Source: Gemmatimonadales bacterium (GTDB lineage: Bacteria > Gemmatimonadota > Gemmatimonadetes > Gemmatimonadales > GWC2-71-9). Taken from it: a stretch of DNA of 64,000 bases. The DNA lies in contig JBFGJG010000018.1 in NCBI GenBank assembly GCA_041577295.1, positions 1 to 64,000 of the forward strand, in the 5' to 3' direction. Shown here piece by piece: positions 53,308 to 64,000 of the stretch. How positions within the stretch are numbered: position 1 is the stretch's first letter; the number at the start of each line of letters is the position of its first letter. The translations under genes were made by a program, and so were the position numbers. The notes under the pieces are model-generated. The model was not told the origin of the DNA. It saw only the letters and a program-made list of their open reading frames with translations, and ran no database searches.

Positions 53308-53868
53308 ATGGCATCAACGGCAGATTTTCGCAATGGGATGGTGCTCGATATCGACGGCCAACTGTTTCAGATCGTCTACTTTCAGCACGTAAAGCCGGGG
53401 AAGGGTGGCGCGTTTGTTCGCAGTAAGCTGAAGAACGTCATGACCGGCGCGGTGGTCGATCGGACATGGACCGCCGGTGAACGCGTCAACGACGTGCGGC
53501 TCGAACGACGTCCAGTCCAGTATTCATACCACGATGGGCACCATTACCACTTCATGGATATGGGGTCGTTCGAAGACATTCCATTGAGCGAGGAGTTGGT
53601 GGGTCAGGACCAGTTGAAGTATTTGAAGGAAGGGATGGAGTGCTCTGGGCTGGTCCACGACGGGAAGGTGCTCATGATTGAGTTGCCGTTCTTCGTCGAG
53701 CTCAAGGTCGTCGAGACCGACCCTGGTGTTCGCGGCGATACAGCCAGCGGCGGCACGAAGCCGGCCAAACTCGAAACGGGTGCGGTGGTGCAGGTACCGT
53801 TGTTCATCGAGGAGGGGCAGATGGTCCGGGTCGACCGCCGTGAGGACAAGTATCTCGAGCGCGTATGA
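53308..53868 (+). CDS. efp: Elongation factor P
   Basis: HVKPGKGGAFVR, GVRGDTA.GGTKPA.LETG..V.VPLFI. Confidence 0.97.
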   Translation: MASTADFRNGMVLDIDGQLFQIVYFQHVKPGKGGAFVRSKLKNVMTGAVVDRTWTAGERVNDVRLERRPVQYSYHDGHHYHFMDMGSFEDIPLSEELVGQDQLKYLKEGMECSGLVHDGKVLMIELPFFVELKVVETDPGVRGDTASGGTKPAKLETGAVVQVPLFIEEGQMVRVDRREDKYLERV

Positions 53869-54395
53869 TCGATCTGAATTTTGTCGAACGACTCATGGAG
53901 CTCCTCAACCGCTCGAACGCGTCCGCGATCGAGGTGAAGCGCAACTGGTGGAGCACCACCCTGAAGATCTCGAAGGTAGGGGACTTCTCAAATGCCGGGC
54001 ACGTCACCTATCAGGTCGCGCAGTCGCCGCCCACTGCGACAGCCGCACCGGCACCTCAGGCCCCAACCGTGTCTCCGCCGCCACCAGCAACCCCGCCGGC
54101 CGAGGGAGCGGCCCCATCCGCTACGGAGGAGAAGGGAGCCGCGGCCACCCAGCTTTTGGAGATCAAGTCGCCGATGGTCGGGACGTTTTACGCGAGGCCT
54201 GAACCGGGGGCCGAGCCGTACGTACGGGTCGGAAGTCGTATCAGCCCCGGACAGACGCTGTGCATCATCGAGGCGATGAAGATCATGAATCCCATCGACG
54301 CGGAGATCGCTGGAGCGATTCGCGAGATCGCCGTTCAGGATGCCGCACCCGTAGAGTTCGGACAGGTGCTGTTCAGGATAGATCCCAATGGCTGA
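53865..54395 (+). CDS. accB: Biotin carboxyl carrier protein
   Basis: SPMVGTFY, IIEAMKIMN; Pro/Ala-rich linker. Confidence 0.96.
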   Translation: MIDLNFVERLMELLNRSNASAIEVKRNWWSTTLKISKVGDFSNAGHVTYQVAQSPPTATAAPAPQAPTVSPPPPATPPAEGAAPSATEEKGAAATQLLEIKSPMVGTFYARPEPGAEPYVRVGSRISPGQTLCIIEAMKIMNPIDAEIAGAIREIAVQDAAPVEFGQVLFRIDPNG

Positions 54396-55560
54396 GACCG
54401 CGCAGAAACTCCGTCCGTTTCACTTCAAACAGGCCATCGTGGAGATGGTGCAGCTCGAGGCGTCTGACTTGCATTTGAAGGTGGGGCGACCGCCCACGGT
54501 GCGCGTGGCCGGCGAGCTGTTCCAGTTGCAGATGGAGCCGCTCAAGCCAGAGGAATTGAAAAGCCTCGCCGAGCAGCTGATGACGCCGCGTCAGGTGAAG
54601 GAGTTTGCCGACCAGAAGGAAGCGGACTTTGCCATCGGTGTCCCCGGCATCGGCCGATTTCGCACGAACGTCTACTTGCAACGCGGCACGCTCGCTTTCG
54701 TGTTCCGCGCCGTTCCGTACGAGATCAAAAACATCGCGGAGCTCCAACTGCCCCGCGTGCTCGAGTCCGTTGCCTTGAAGCCCCGTGGTCTGGTCTTGGT
54801 TACCGGCGTGACGGGCTCCGGGAAGTCGACGGCGTTGGCAGCGATGGTGAACCACATCAATCTCCATCGGCGGTGTAACGTTATCACCATCGAGGACCCC
54901 ATCGAGTTCCTCCATCGTGATGGTCTCGCGAACATCTCTCAGCGCGAGGTTGGCACCGATACGCTGTCGTTTGATTCGGCGCTCCGTCATGTGCTGCGAC
55001 AGGACCCGGATGTCGTGCTAATCGGCGAGATCCGGGACCGGGTGACGTTGGACACCGCATTGAAGGCTGCCGACACCGGTCACCTGGTGTTCTCCACGCT
55101 GCATACGACGGACGCGACCCAGACCATCAACCGAGTTATCTCGTTCTTCCCCCCGCACGAGCACGAAGCGGTGCGTTCACTCCTGTCCACGGCGCTCGAG
55201 GCCGTGATTTCGCTTCGTCTCGTCCCGACGAAGGACGGCAAGGCGCGGGTGCCGGCCTGTGAGGTGCTGATCAACACGGCGGCGGTGCGGGACAACGTCC
55301 GCGACTCGGAGAAGGCGCTCGCCATCCCGGAGCTCATCCGGGAGGGAACGGTGCAGTACGGGATGCAGTCGTTCGATCAGTCGCTAATGCATTGGTACAA
55401 GAAAGGCGCCATCAGCTACGAAGCGGCTCTGTTCTACTCGACCAACCCCAGTGAGTTTGCTCTCCGCGTGAGCGGCGTCGAAAGCGCGTCCGATCGCACG
55501 TTCGCCGATGAAATGTCCCGCAGCGAAGAGAGTGAACGACTCAAGGGCTCGACCCACTGA
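54388..55560 (+). CDS. pilT: PilT/PilU family type IV pilus retraction ATPase
   Basis: [53 protein letters not shown]. Confidence 0.9.
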   Translation: MAETAQKLRPFHFKQAIVEMVQLEASDLHLKVGRPPTVRVAGELFQLQMEPLKPEELKSLAEQLMTPRQVKEFADQKEADFAIGVPGIGRFRTNVYLQRGTLAFVFRAVPYEIKNIAELQLPRVLESVALKPRGLVLVTGVTGSGKSTALAAMVNHINLHRRCNVITIEDPIEFLHRDGLANISQREVGTDTLSFDSALRHVLRQDPDVVLIGEIRDRVTLDTALKAADTGHLVFSTLHTTDATQTINRVISFFPPHEHEAVRSLLSTALEAVISLRLVPTKDGKARVPACEVLINTAAVRDNVRDSEKALAIPELIREGTVQYGMQSFDQSLMHWYKKGAISYEAALFYSTNPSEFALRVSGVESASDRTFADEMSRSEESERLKGSTH

Positions 55561-55564
55561 CGAC

Positions 55565-56923
55565 ATGTTCAAAAAAGTCTTGATCGCCAACCGCGGCGAA
55601 ATCGCGCTGCGGGTGATCCGTGCGTGTCGGGAACTCGGCGTCCAGACTGTCGCGGTGTACAGCGAAGCGGATCGAGAGTGCCTGCACGTTCGCTTCGCCG
55701 ATGACGACGTTTGTATCGGACCTCCTCCAAGCAGGTCATCCTATCTGAACATTCCGGCGATCATCGCCGCTGCCGAAATCACTGGCGCGGACGCCATCCA
55801 TCCTGGTTACGGGTTCCTCGCTGAGAAAGCGGAGTTTGCAGAGAAATGTGCCGCGTCGAAGATCACCTTCATCGGACCGACTGCCGAGCAGATTCGACTC
55901 ATGGGCGATAAGGCGGCCGCGCGCAAGCTCGCCAGGGAGCTGGGAATTCCCGTCGTGCCAGGGTCGGAGGGGACGCTCGAAGACCCTGAGCGGGCGCTCA
56001 AGGTCGCGCGAGAGATCGGGTTTCCGGTCATCATCAAAGCGGCCGCGGGTGGCGGCGGGAAGGGGATGCGGGTCGCGCGGGACCCGGAGGCGTTCCATCG
56101 GGGGTTCCAACTCGCGCGCAACGAGGCCCTCGCCGCGTTTGGCACGCCGGAGGTGTACGTCGAGAAATATCTCGAGCGTCCGCGACACGTCGAGATCCAA
56201 GTGATGGGCGACCAGCACGGCAAGGTCGTGCACCTCTGCGAACGGGACTGCTCGGTTCAGCGGCGCCATCAGAAACTCGTGGAGGAGGCGCCGAGCCCGG
56301 CCCTCGATCAGGCTTTGCGAGAACGAATCGGTAACGCCGCGACCTGCGCGGCTGCGCACATTGGCTACGTCGGTGCGGGGACCGTCGAGTTCCTGCTCGA
56401 CCACGATGGTAGCTTCTACTTCATGGAAATGAACACGCGCATCCAGGTCGAGCATCCGGTCACCGAGATGGTGACCAACTACGATTTGGTGAAACAACAA
56501 ATTCGCGTTGCGGCGGGCGAGCCAGTCCGAATGATTCTCCACAACAACCGTCTCCGTGGCTACGCCATCGAGTGTCGCGTGAACGCGGAGGATCCCTTCC
56601 GCAACTTTCAGCCCTCCCCTGGGACCATCACGACATATCATCCGCCTGGCGGACCCGGGGTGCGCGTGGATACCCACATCTACGCCGGCTACACTGTTCC
56701 TCCATATTACGACTCGCTGCTCGCCAAAGTGATCGTGCACGGCAATACCCGTGAGGAAGCACTCGCGCGCATGAGTCAGGCGCTCGAATCCTTCATCATC
56801 GAAGGGATCACCACCACCATTCCGTTCCTCCTACGGATCGTGCACCACCCGGAGTTCCGGGCGGGACGCGTCGACACCAAGTTCTTGGAACGCCATACGG
56901 AGCTATTTCAGCAAAGCGAATGA
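55565..56923 (+). CDS. accC: Biotin carboxylase
   Basis: [45 protein letters not shown]. Confidence 0.97.
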   Translation: MFKKVLIANRGEIALRVIRACRELGVQTVAVYSEADRECLHVRFADDDVCIGPPPSRSSYLNIPAIIAAAEITGADAIHPGYGFLAEKAEFAEKCAASKITFIGPTAEQIRLMGDKAAARKLARELGIPVVPGSEGTLEDPERALKVAREIGFPVIIKAAAGGGGKGMRVARDPEAFHRGFQLARNEALAAFGTPEVYVEKYLERPRHVEIQVMGDQHGKVVHLCERDCSVQRRHQKLVEEAPSPALDQALRERIGNAATCAAAHIGYVGAGTVEFLLDHDGSFYFMEMNTRIQVEHPVTEMVTNYDLVKQQIRVAAGEPVRMILHNNRLRGYAIECRVNAEDPFRNFQPSPGTITTYHPPGGPGVRVDTHIYAGYTVPPYYDSLLAKVIVHGNTREEALARMSQALESFIIEGITTTIPFLLRIVHHPEFRAGRVDTKFLERHTELFQQSE

Positions 56924-57663
56924 AGCTGGCCGTGTATTTTACGCCGCTGGGCTTGACCCATGGAGACATCGCGGGGAAGCCGGTGCTCGTGCTGGATGTG
57001 CTCAGAACTACGACCACCATGGTGGCCGCGTTGGCGCATGGCGCGCGGGCCGTCGTTCCCACGTCCACCGCCGACGAGGCGCTCCGCGTGGCCCACAGCC
57101 TGGAGCGAGACAACGTGCTCCTCGCGGGTGAGCGTGGGTGTTTGCGCGTCGAGGGGTTCGCCCTGGGCAATTCCCCGGTGGAAATGCAGGGGGCAGCTGT
57201 GGCGGGAAAAACCATCGTGATGTCGACCACGAACGGCACGCGAGCGTTCGAGTCGGTCGATGCAGCCAGTAATGTTTTTGTTGGTGCTGCTACGAACTTC
57301 AGCGCCGTGGTGGCCCGGGTATCCGAGATGCTGGCGCAGCGGGGAGAACTGATCGTGCTCTGCAGTGGACGGGAAAAGCGGTTTGCGCTCGAGGACGCGT
57401 ACGCGGCTGGACGTTTTGCGCAGGCGCTTATTCCCGCCAGCGAGCGGCGGCGGGCGGAACTGAACGACGCGGCGATTGCCGCACTCCAGCTCGTGCGACG
57501 TTACGGAGATCGCTGGAAGCGGGCATTCCAGGCCAGCACCGCTGCGCGCGAGCTCAAGCGCCTCGGATTCAAGGAGGACGTGATCGCCGCCTCGGCGGTC
57601 GATACGTTTGGCATTGTGCCGGTCTATGCCGAGCGGCTCGTTTCCGTGCGCGACGGGAGGTAG
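56920..57663 (+). CDS. comB: 2-phosphosulfolactate phosphatase family protein
   Basis: [26 protein letters not shown]...AG. Confidence 0.88.
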   Translation: MKLAVYFTPLGLTHGDIAGKPVLVLDVLRTTTTMVAALAHGARAVVPTSTADEALRVAHSLERDNVLLAGERGCLRVEGFALGNSPVEMQGAAVAGKTIVMSTTNGTRAFESVDAASNVFVGAATNFSAVVARVSEMLAQRGELIVLCSGREKRFALEDAYAAGRFAQALIPASERRRAELNDAAIAALQLVRRYGDRWKRAFQASTAARELKRLGFKEDVIAASAVDTFGIVPVYAERLVSVRDGR

Positions 57664-57665
57664 CT

Positions 57666-59867
57666 ATGGAGCTCCGACGGCGCAACGAGATCCTCGCGAT
57701 TGCCTACCTCCTCCTAGGCGTGTTCATCGCCTTGAGTCTGTTGCCGGCCCAGATCACTGGTCCTGTGGGAGGGGTGATCGGGGGTGTGTTATGGAAGTAT
57801 TTGGGTCTTGGTTCCCCACTCATCGCCTTGCTGTGCTTCACGCTCGGTCTCGCCGGTTTCGGCCGCCTCGGGCGTCTCGACTTCGTGCGTACCGGTGTGC
57901 TGTTCGGCGGCTTGATACTGCTCGTGCCACTGTCAGTGGGAATCGCCTCGGGAATCACGAAAGTCCGCGCGTTTCCGGCCGCCTACGAAGATTGGAACGT
58001 CACGCAGCAGCTCGTCGGGATGTTGCCGGGTGTCATCGCGGTGAGCCTCACCAATCTCATCGGCACCGCCGGAGCTGTGCTCGTGGTGCTTCTGGCTGTC
58101 TCGGTACTCACCATCTACACACTCGATTGGCACCCCTTCCGTCGTTTGACCCAATCGGGCACTCGCGCGGAGATCACGTCGAATGCGCCGGCCCCGGTCT
58201 GGGAGGAGCCAACCGATGAGGACGTCGAGGAGGCGGTCGTGGCGGCACCACGTGGGCTACGCGCCAAGCTTACTGTGGGTCGGAAGAAACTGACTGGACG
58301 GAAGAAGCCCAAGGCAGACAAGACCGGCACGCACGACCCGATGGAAGAGCGCCCACCCATCGAGTTGCTCGCCGGGCCCACAAAAGAGGGAACCAACGGA
58401 CGCACGGATGAGATTGAGCACTTAGGTGACGTGTTGATCGATACGCTCCGCACGTTTCGAGTGGAAGGAAGCATTGTCGGGAGGACCACGGGACCCGTGG
58501 TGACGCAGTACGAGGTGGCACCCGCCCCTGGAGTGAAGGTCGGTCGCATCGCGGCGCTGGCCGATGATCTCGCCCTCGCCATGCGCGCACAGTCGATTCG
58601 TATCATCGCCCCCATTCCGGGCAAAGCGGCGGTTGGTGTCGAGGTACCGAATCCTACCGCCCAGATCGTCACCCTCCGGGAGTTGTTTGAGGCCAATGAA
58701 TGGGAGCGGACGCGCGCTGCCTTGCCCATTGCGCTGGGACGCAACCTCGAAGGCAGGGCGGTGATTGCCGATCTCGCGAAAATGCCCCACCTGTTGATCG
58801 CCGGCGCTACCGGCTCGGGAAAATCGGTGTGCATCAACGGCATCATCACGAGCCTGATCTATCGGTACACGCCCCAAGAGCTACGCATGTTGATGATCGA
58901 CCCCAAGATGGTCGAGCTCTCGATCTACAATGCGTTGCCCCACTTGCGGCATCCGGTGGTGACGAACAACAAACAGGCGGCACAGGCGCTGAAATGGGCA
59001 ATGATGGAGATGGACAGGCGGTACGAGCTGTTCCACGCCAACGGCGCACGAAACTTCTACGATTTCAATCGCCGGGTCATCGAAGAACGAGAACTCGTGC
59101 AGCCCAAGCGGGGTGCTGACCGAGGTGGGTCGAGTGAGCAACTCGAGATGCCTGTGCCGTACGACGAAGGGCCGCTGCCGTACGTGGTGATCGTCGTGGA
59201 TGAGCTGGCCGATCTCATGATGACGGTGCAAGGAGAAGTTGAAAAGCCACTGGCGATCCTCGCGCAAAAAGCGCGAGCCACCGGAATCCATCTGATCCTG
59301 GCGACGCAGAGACCGTCCGTGAACGTGATCACCGGTCTTATCAAGGCAAACTTCCCTAGCCGGATTGCCTTTCGCGTGGCCAGCAAGGTCGACAGCCGGA
59401 CCATCATCGACCAGAACGGCGCCGAGACGCTGCTGGGCAACGGTGACATGCTGTTCCTTCCGCCTGGGAAGAGCGAGCCAATCCGGGTGCAGGGCGCGTT
59501 CATTTCGACCGAGGAAACCGAACGGGTCACGTCGTGGTACGAGGAAGCGGCAAAGGCGCCCGCCCGAGAGGAAGAAGACATTCTCGAGGTGGTGGAGGCG
59601 ATGGAGGCGGAGGAGGTCACCACCGGAGGAGCAGGGCAGCCGGGCGATCGAGATGCGCTGTTCCAGGAGGCCGCGGAAACCTGCATCCAGAATCAGCTTG
59701 GCTCGACCTCGCTGCTGCAACGCAAGCTCCGCATCGGCTACGGACGAGCGGCGCGGATCATCGACCAACTCCACGAGGCAGGCGTGCTGGGCCCACCCGA
59801 TGGCTCAAAGGCCCGCGAGGTGCTCGTGGGGATCGAGGATTTGGAAAGAATCGTGAGCGGGAAATAG
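57666..59867 (+). CDS. ftsK: DNA translocase FtsK
   Basis: N-terminal TMs, MPHLLIAGATGSGKS, DELADLM, ATQRPS, gamma domain LQRKLRIGYGRAARIID. Confidence 0.97.
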   Translation: MELRRRNEILAIAYLLLGVFIALSLLPAQITGPVGGVIGGVLWKYLGLGSPLIALLCFTLGLAGFGRLGRLDFVRTGVLFGGLILLVPLSVGIASGITKVRAFPAAYEDWNVTQQLVGMLPGVIAVSLTNLIGTAGAVLVVLLAVSVLTIYTLDWHPFRRLTQSGTRAEITSNAPAPVWEEPTDEDVEEAVVAAPRGLRAKLTVGRKKLTGRKKPKADKTGTHDPMEERPPIELLAGPTKEGTNGRTDEIEHLGDVLIDTLRTFRVEGSIVGRTTGPVVTQYEVAPAPGVKVGRIAALADDLALAMRAQSIRIIAPIPGKAAVGVEVPNPTAQIVTLRELFEANEWERTRAALPIALGRNLEGRAVIADLAKMPHLLIAGATGSGKSVCINGIITSLIYRYTPQELRMLMIDPKMVELSIYNALPHLRHPVVTNNKQAAQALKWAMMEMDRRYELFHANGARNFYDFNRRVIEERELVQPKRGADRGGSSEQLEMPVPYDEGPLPYVVIVVDELADLMMTVQGEVEKPLAILAQKARATGIHLILATQRPSVNVITGLIKANFPSRIAFRVASKVDSRTIIDQNGAETLLGNGDMLFLPPGKSEPIRVQGAFISTEETERVTSWYEEAAKAPAREEEDILEVVEAMEAEEVTTGGAGQPGDRDALFQEAAETCIQNQLGSTSLLQRKLRIGYGRAARIIDQLHEAGVLGPPDGSKAREVLVGIEDLERIVSGK

Positions 59868-60068
59868 GGGAGGAGCGAGTAGGACTAAGGAGTAGGGAGT
59901 AGCGCGGGCGCCTTTGCGGTCCGACCGCTTCCTGATGCCCGCTCCGGCGCCCTCACACCGCTGTGCATCGAGTCCCGTCAGTGCTGATCCCACGCATTAC
60001 GCACTACTCCCACCGCACCCCTCCCACCCCCGTCTTTCCGATCCACCGAGCACGATTTCGGTTGTCCG

Positions 60069-60500
60069 ATGCTCCCCAAGCCGCAGTATCGTCCTGGCGT
60101 GGCCATCAAGTCAGATCCATCGGAGTGGAAGGACCCGCGTCACCGGCTGGGTCTCTGGGGAGAACGGGTGGCCATGCGGTACCTTCGATGCTCCGGCTGG
60201 AGCGTTCTGGCGCACCGCTTTCGGATGGGGCGGCTTGAAATCGACCTGGTAGCACGCGCGGACAAGATGGTAGCATTCGTCGAGGTGAAGACCAGATGGG
60301 GTGGCAAGTTTGGCAGCCCGTTGGAGGCTGTCACCTGGGCGAAGCAGCGCGAGATCCATCGGGTGGCTCGGGCATGGGTGGACCGATATGGCCAGCGGGA
60401 CGAGGATTATCGCTTCGACGTTATCGGGGTCACGTTGCGTTCTGGTCGGGCCCCCAGGATTGAGCATGTGGAAGACGCATTTCGCCCCGGGTGGCGCTGA
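60069..60500 (+). CDS. YraN/UPF0102 family PD-(D/E)xK nuclease-like protein
   Basis: G..GE..A..YL, EIDLVA, FVEVKTR, RFDVI. Confidence 0.9.
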   Translation: MLPKPQYRPGVAIKSDPSEWKDPRHRLGLWGERVAMRYLRCSGWSVLAHRFRMGRLEIDLVARADKMVAFVEVKTRWGGKFGSPLEAVTWAKQREIHRVARAWVDRYGQRDEDYRFDVIGVTLRSGRAPRIEHVEDAFRPGWR

Positions 60501-60647
60501 GGGTCGTCATGAACGACCTCTGGCCGCCCCACCGCGGGTCTCACCCTGCGCCCGTTAACCGGGTGGACTGGCGTTGTGGAGGGGCTTCGGCATATATTCG
60601 GTATGCCTGGGCCCGGCATCCAATGACTCCTGCGACATGAGGTGATG

Positions 60648-61727
60648 ATGAGCGTGAAGCAAGATGAAAAGGCAGCGGCCAAGCTGACAGATGAGCGTCG
60701 CAAGGCCCTCAATCTGGCCATTACCCAGATCGAGAAGAACATCGGAAAAGGCTCGATCATGCGGATGGGGCAGGAGAGTGCCCGGGTTAAGGTCGATGTG
60801 ATCTCCACTGGGTCCATCAGCCTCGATGCGGCCATTGGAATCGGAGGAATACCGCGCGGCAGGATCACGGAGATCTACGGGCCGGAGTCCTCGGGAAAGA
60901 CGACCATCGCGCTCCATATCGCCGCCAACGCGCAGAAGGCGGGAGGAGTCGCCGCGTTTATCGACGCCGAGCATGCGCTAGACGTGGAGTACGCGAAGAA
61001 GCTCGGTGTCGATCTCGACAATCTCCTGGTGTCGCAGCCGGACACGGGAGAAGAGGCATTGGAGATCGCGGAGATTCTGGTGCGCTCGGGCGCCGTAGAT
61101 GTCATCGTCATCGACTCGGTGGCGGCGCTGGTGCCCAAGGCGGAGATCGAAGGGGACATGGGAGATTCCCATGTTGGTCTCCAGGCACGTCTGATGTCGC
61201 AGGCGCTCCGTAAGCTGGCTGGCAGCATCAACCGGTCGCGGAGCTCGGTGGTCTTCATCAACCAGCTGCGAGAGAAGATCGGCGTGATGTTCGGCAACCC
61301 AGAGACCACCACCGGAGGCCGGGCCCTCAAGTTTTATTCCTCGGTGCGACTCGATGTCAGAAGAATCGGTCCGGTCAAAGAGCGAGATGAGATCACCGGG
61401 AGCCGGGTTCGTGTGAAGGTGGTGAAGAACAAGGTGGCCCCGCCGTTTCGTCAGGCCGAGTTCGATATCATGTTCAACGAAGGCATCAGCCACTTCTCGC
61501 AGCTCGTGGATATTGGTGCAGAATCCGGCGTGATCGATAAGAGCGGTGCGTGGTACTCTTTTGGGAAGGAGCGGATCGGCCAGGGTCGGGAGAATGCCAA
61601 GCTCTTCCTCAAGGACCATGCTGATATCGCCGCGCAGATCGAGGCGCGGGTGAAGGAGTTTTTGGGAATTGCGCCCAAGACATCGGATCCCGAGGAGGCG
61701 CAGGCGGAGACCGCAGAGACCGAGTGA
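60648..61727 (+). CDS. recA: Recombinase A
   Basis: [44 protein letters not shown]; start among tandem GTG/ATG codons 60642-60648. Confidence 0.98.
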   Translation: MSVKQDEKAAAKLTDERRKALNLAITQIEKNIGKGSIMRMGQESARVKVDVISTGSISLDAAIGIGGIPRGRITEIYGPESSGKTTIALHIAANAQKAGGVAAFIDAEHALDVEYAKKLGVDLDNLLVSQPDTGEEALEIAEILVRSGAVDVIVIDSVAALVPKAEIEGDMGDSHVGLQARLMSQALRKLAGSINRSRSSVVFINQLREKIGVMFGNPETTTGGRALKFYSSVRLDVRRIGPVKERDEITGSRVRVKVVKNKVAPPFRQAEFDIMFNEGISHFSQLVDIGAESGVIDKSGAWYSFGKERIGQGRENAKLFLKDHADIAAQIEARVKEFLGIAPKTSDPEEAQAETAETE

Positions 61728-61729
61728 GT

Positions 61730-61832
61730 ACCGGCGGCAAGTGGTGAGTGGTAGGGTGGGTAGTTGATCCGTAGAAGGCTTACAGCTCACTACTCACCAC
61801 TCCCCACTCGCAATCGACCACTCACCGCCGGT
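61730..61832. repeat. Heptamer-based inverted-repeat hairpin between recA and recX
   Basis: ACCGGCGG...CCGCCGGT outer arms; GTGGTGAGTGGT pairs with ACTACTCACCAC; TACTCAC CACTCCC CACTCGC units. Confidence 0.7.
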
Positions 61833-61842
61833 GGCTTCGAGC

Positions 61843-62472
61843 ATGTTTGTAACCTCCATCCGCCCCCACCCCCGCGTACCTGGTCGCCTCGTGATCGAGG
61901 TTGACGGTGCCCGGTTTGGCACGGTCTCCGTGGCAGCCGTGCAAGACTTGCAACTCGAGGAGGGCAAGGGGCTCTCCGAGGATGAGGCGAAGCAACTCTC
62001 CTACGCGGCGGACGTGGAGGCGGCCCACCGTGTGGTTCTTCGCATGCTCTCGAGCCGTCCTAGATCCGTATACGAAGTGCTTCGGCGACTGCGAGAGCGC
62101 GGTCACAATCCCTCGGCGGCTGCGGAAGCGGTGGGGCGGCTCGAGGAATCTGGACTCTTGGACGATCGCGAGTTCGCCGAGCACTTCGTGCGGGTGCGGG
62201 CACCCAAAGGCTTTGGCCGGTCGCGGTTACTGCGAGACCTCGTGTCGCGTGGCGTGGACCGGCGGCTCGCGGAGCAGTCGATCGATCGCGAGCTCGAGCT
62301 TTCGGGCCTTGACGATTCCAATCAAGCGCGAATGCTGGCTGAGAAGCGCGCGATGCAACTTGGCGACGTTCCGCGCGCCAAGAAACGTCGCCGGCTCGTA
62401 GGCTATCTCGAGCGCCGTGGGTTCCGGGGGCGCGAGGTGATTGATGTGGTCGACGAGATTCTGAGCGAGTAG
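61843..62472 (+). CDS. recX: Regulatory protein RecX
   Basis: RPRS..EV..RL, LLDDREFA, G..RL...L..RGV, YLERRGF; follows recA. Confidence 0.93.
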   Translation: MFVTSIRPHPRVPGRLVIEVDGARFGTVSVAAVQDLQLEEGKGLSEDEAKQLSYAADVEAAHRVVLRMLSSRPRSVYEVLRRLRERGHNPSAAAEAVGRLEESGLLDDREFAEHFVRVRAPKGFGRSRLLRDLVSRGVDRRLAEQSIDRELELSGLDDSNQARMLAEKRAMQLGDVPRAKKRRRLVGYLERRGFRGREVIDVVDEILSE

Positions 62473-62764
62473 TGAGAAGCTCGCTGTCAGCGTCGTGATT
62501 GATCGGCGGGGTATCGCGATGCGGGGCGCCCCCCCCGGTCTGAAGTTCGTTCGGCCCGTCGGTTCCACGGCCGGGGGACCGCTCACCGTTCCTGCTTCGT
62601 TGCCCCGCATCGCGGGGAGTTCCGGACGTGAACCGCTTGCCCGCTGGCGCCCTTTCTCGCGATGATTCCCCACCGCCCTCTCGCCGAAACGATGTGATAA
62701 ACTCACTGCCTCGCCCAGCATCCCAACCCCCCCCGCCCTTGTCCCGGTGATTAAGTTTATCTCT

Positions 62765-64000
<1,236 letters not shown>

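Noticed and set aside
62473..62764. T-box, tRNA, SRP or 6S RNA upstream of alaS
   Set aside because: No T-box consensus, cloverleaf or SRP motif recognised; kept only as an unassigned structured element.

Overview
A GC-rich (roughly 65% by eye), densely coding, almost entirely plus-strand piece of a core bacterial chromosome. Gene content and order suggest an FCB-group diderm, most likely Gemmatimonadota (inference). In order: rpmB (partial, minus strand); gmd-rmd-carB-murB; wbpD/E/B/A-like genes, ugd and uxs (nucleotide-sugar synthesis with no transferases); two TPR genes, bamD, nadD, secA; radC, rel, uvrB, tsaE, tsaB, rimI; ssb and a TsaP-like LysM gene; galE-like gene and tolQRAB-pal-cpoB; a single 1169-aa TatC-LptD fusion ORF; a sigma54-type lipoprotein gene; hutHUI; an acidic TPR gene, polyprenyl synthase, DUF4321-like gene, tatA; surA/ppiD-like gene (minus); a second acidic TPR gene, aroQ, Xaa-Pro peptidase, efp, accB, pilT/U, accC, comB, ftsK; yraN; recA, recX; alaS (partial). 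I saw no rRNA, tRNA, CRISPR array, prophage or transposase. The top finding is the TatC-LptD ORF, in which an intact internal Sec-type signal peptide joins an inner-membrane translocase subunit to an outer-membrane beta-barrel, suggesting a signal-peptidase-cleaved polyprotein. Other findings: many D-(S/T)-hydrophobic motifs in exported proteins (possible Bacteroidota-like O-glycosylation), two probable CTG start codons, a UAS-IHF-sigma54 promoter, a four-Cys insertion in SecA, and recurrent heptamer inverted repeats between genes.
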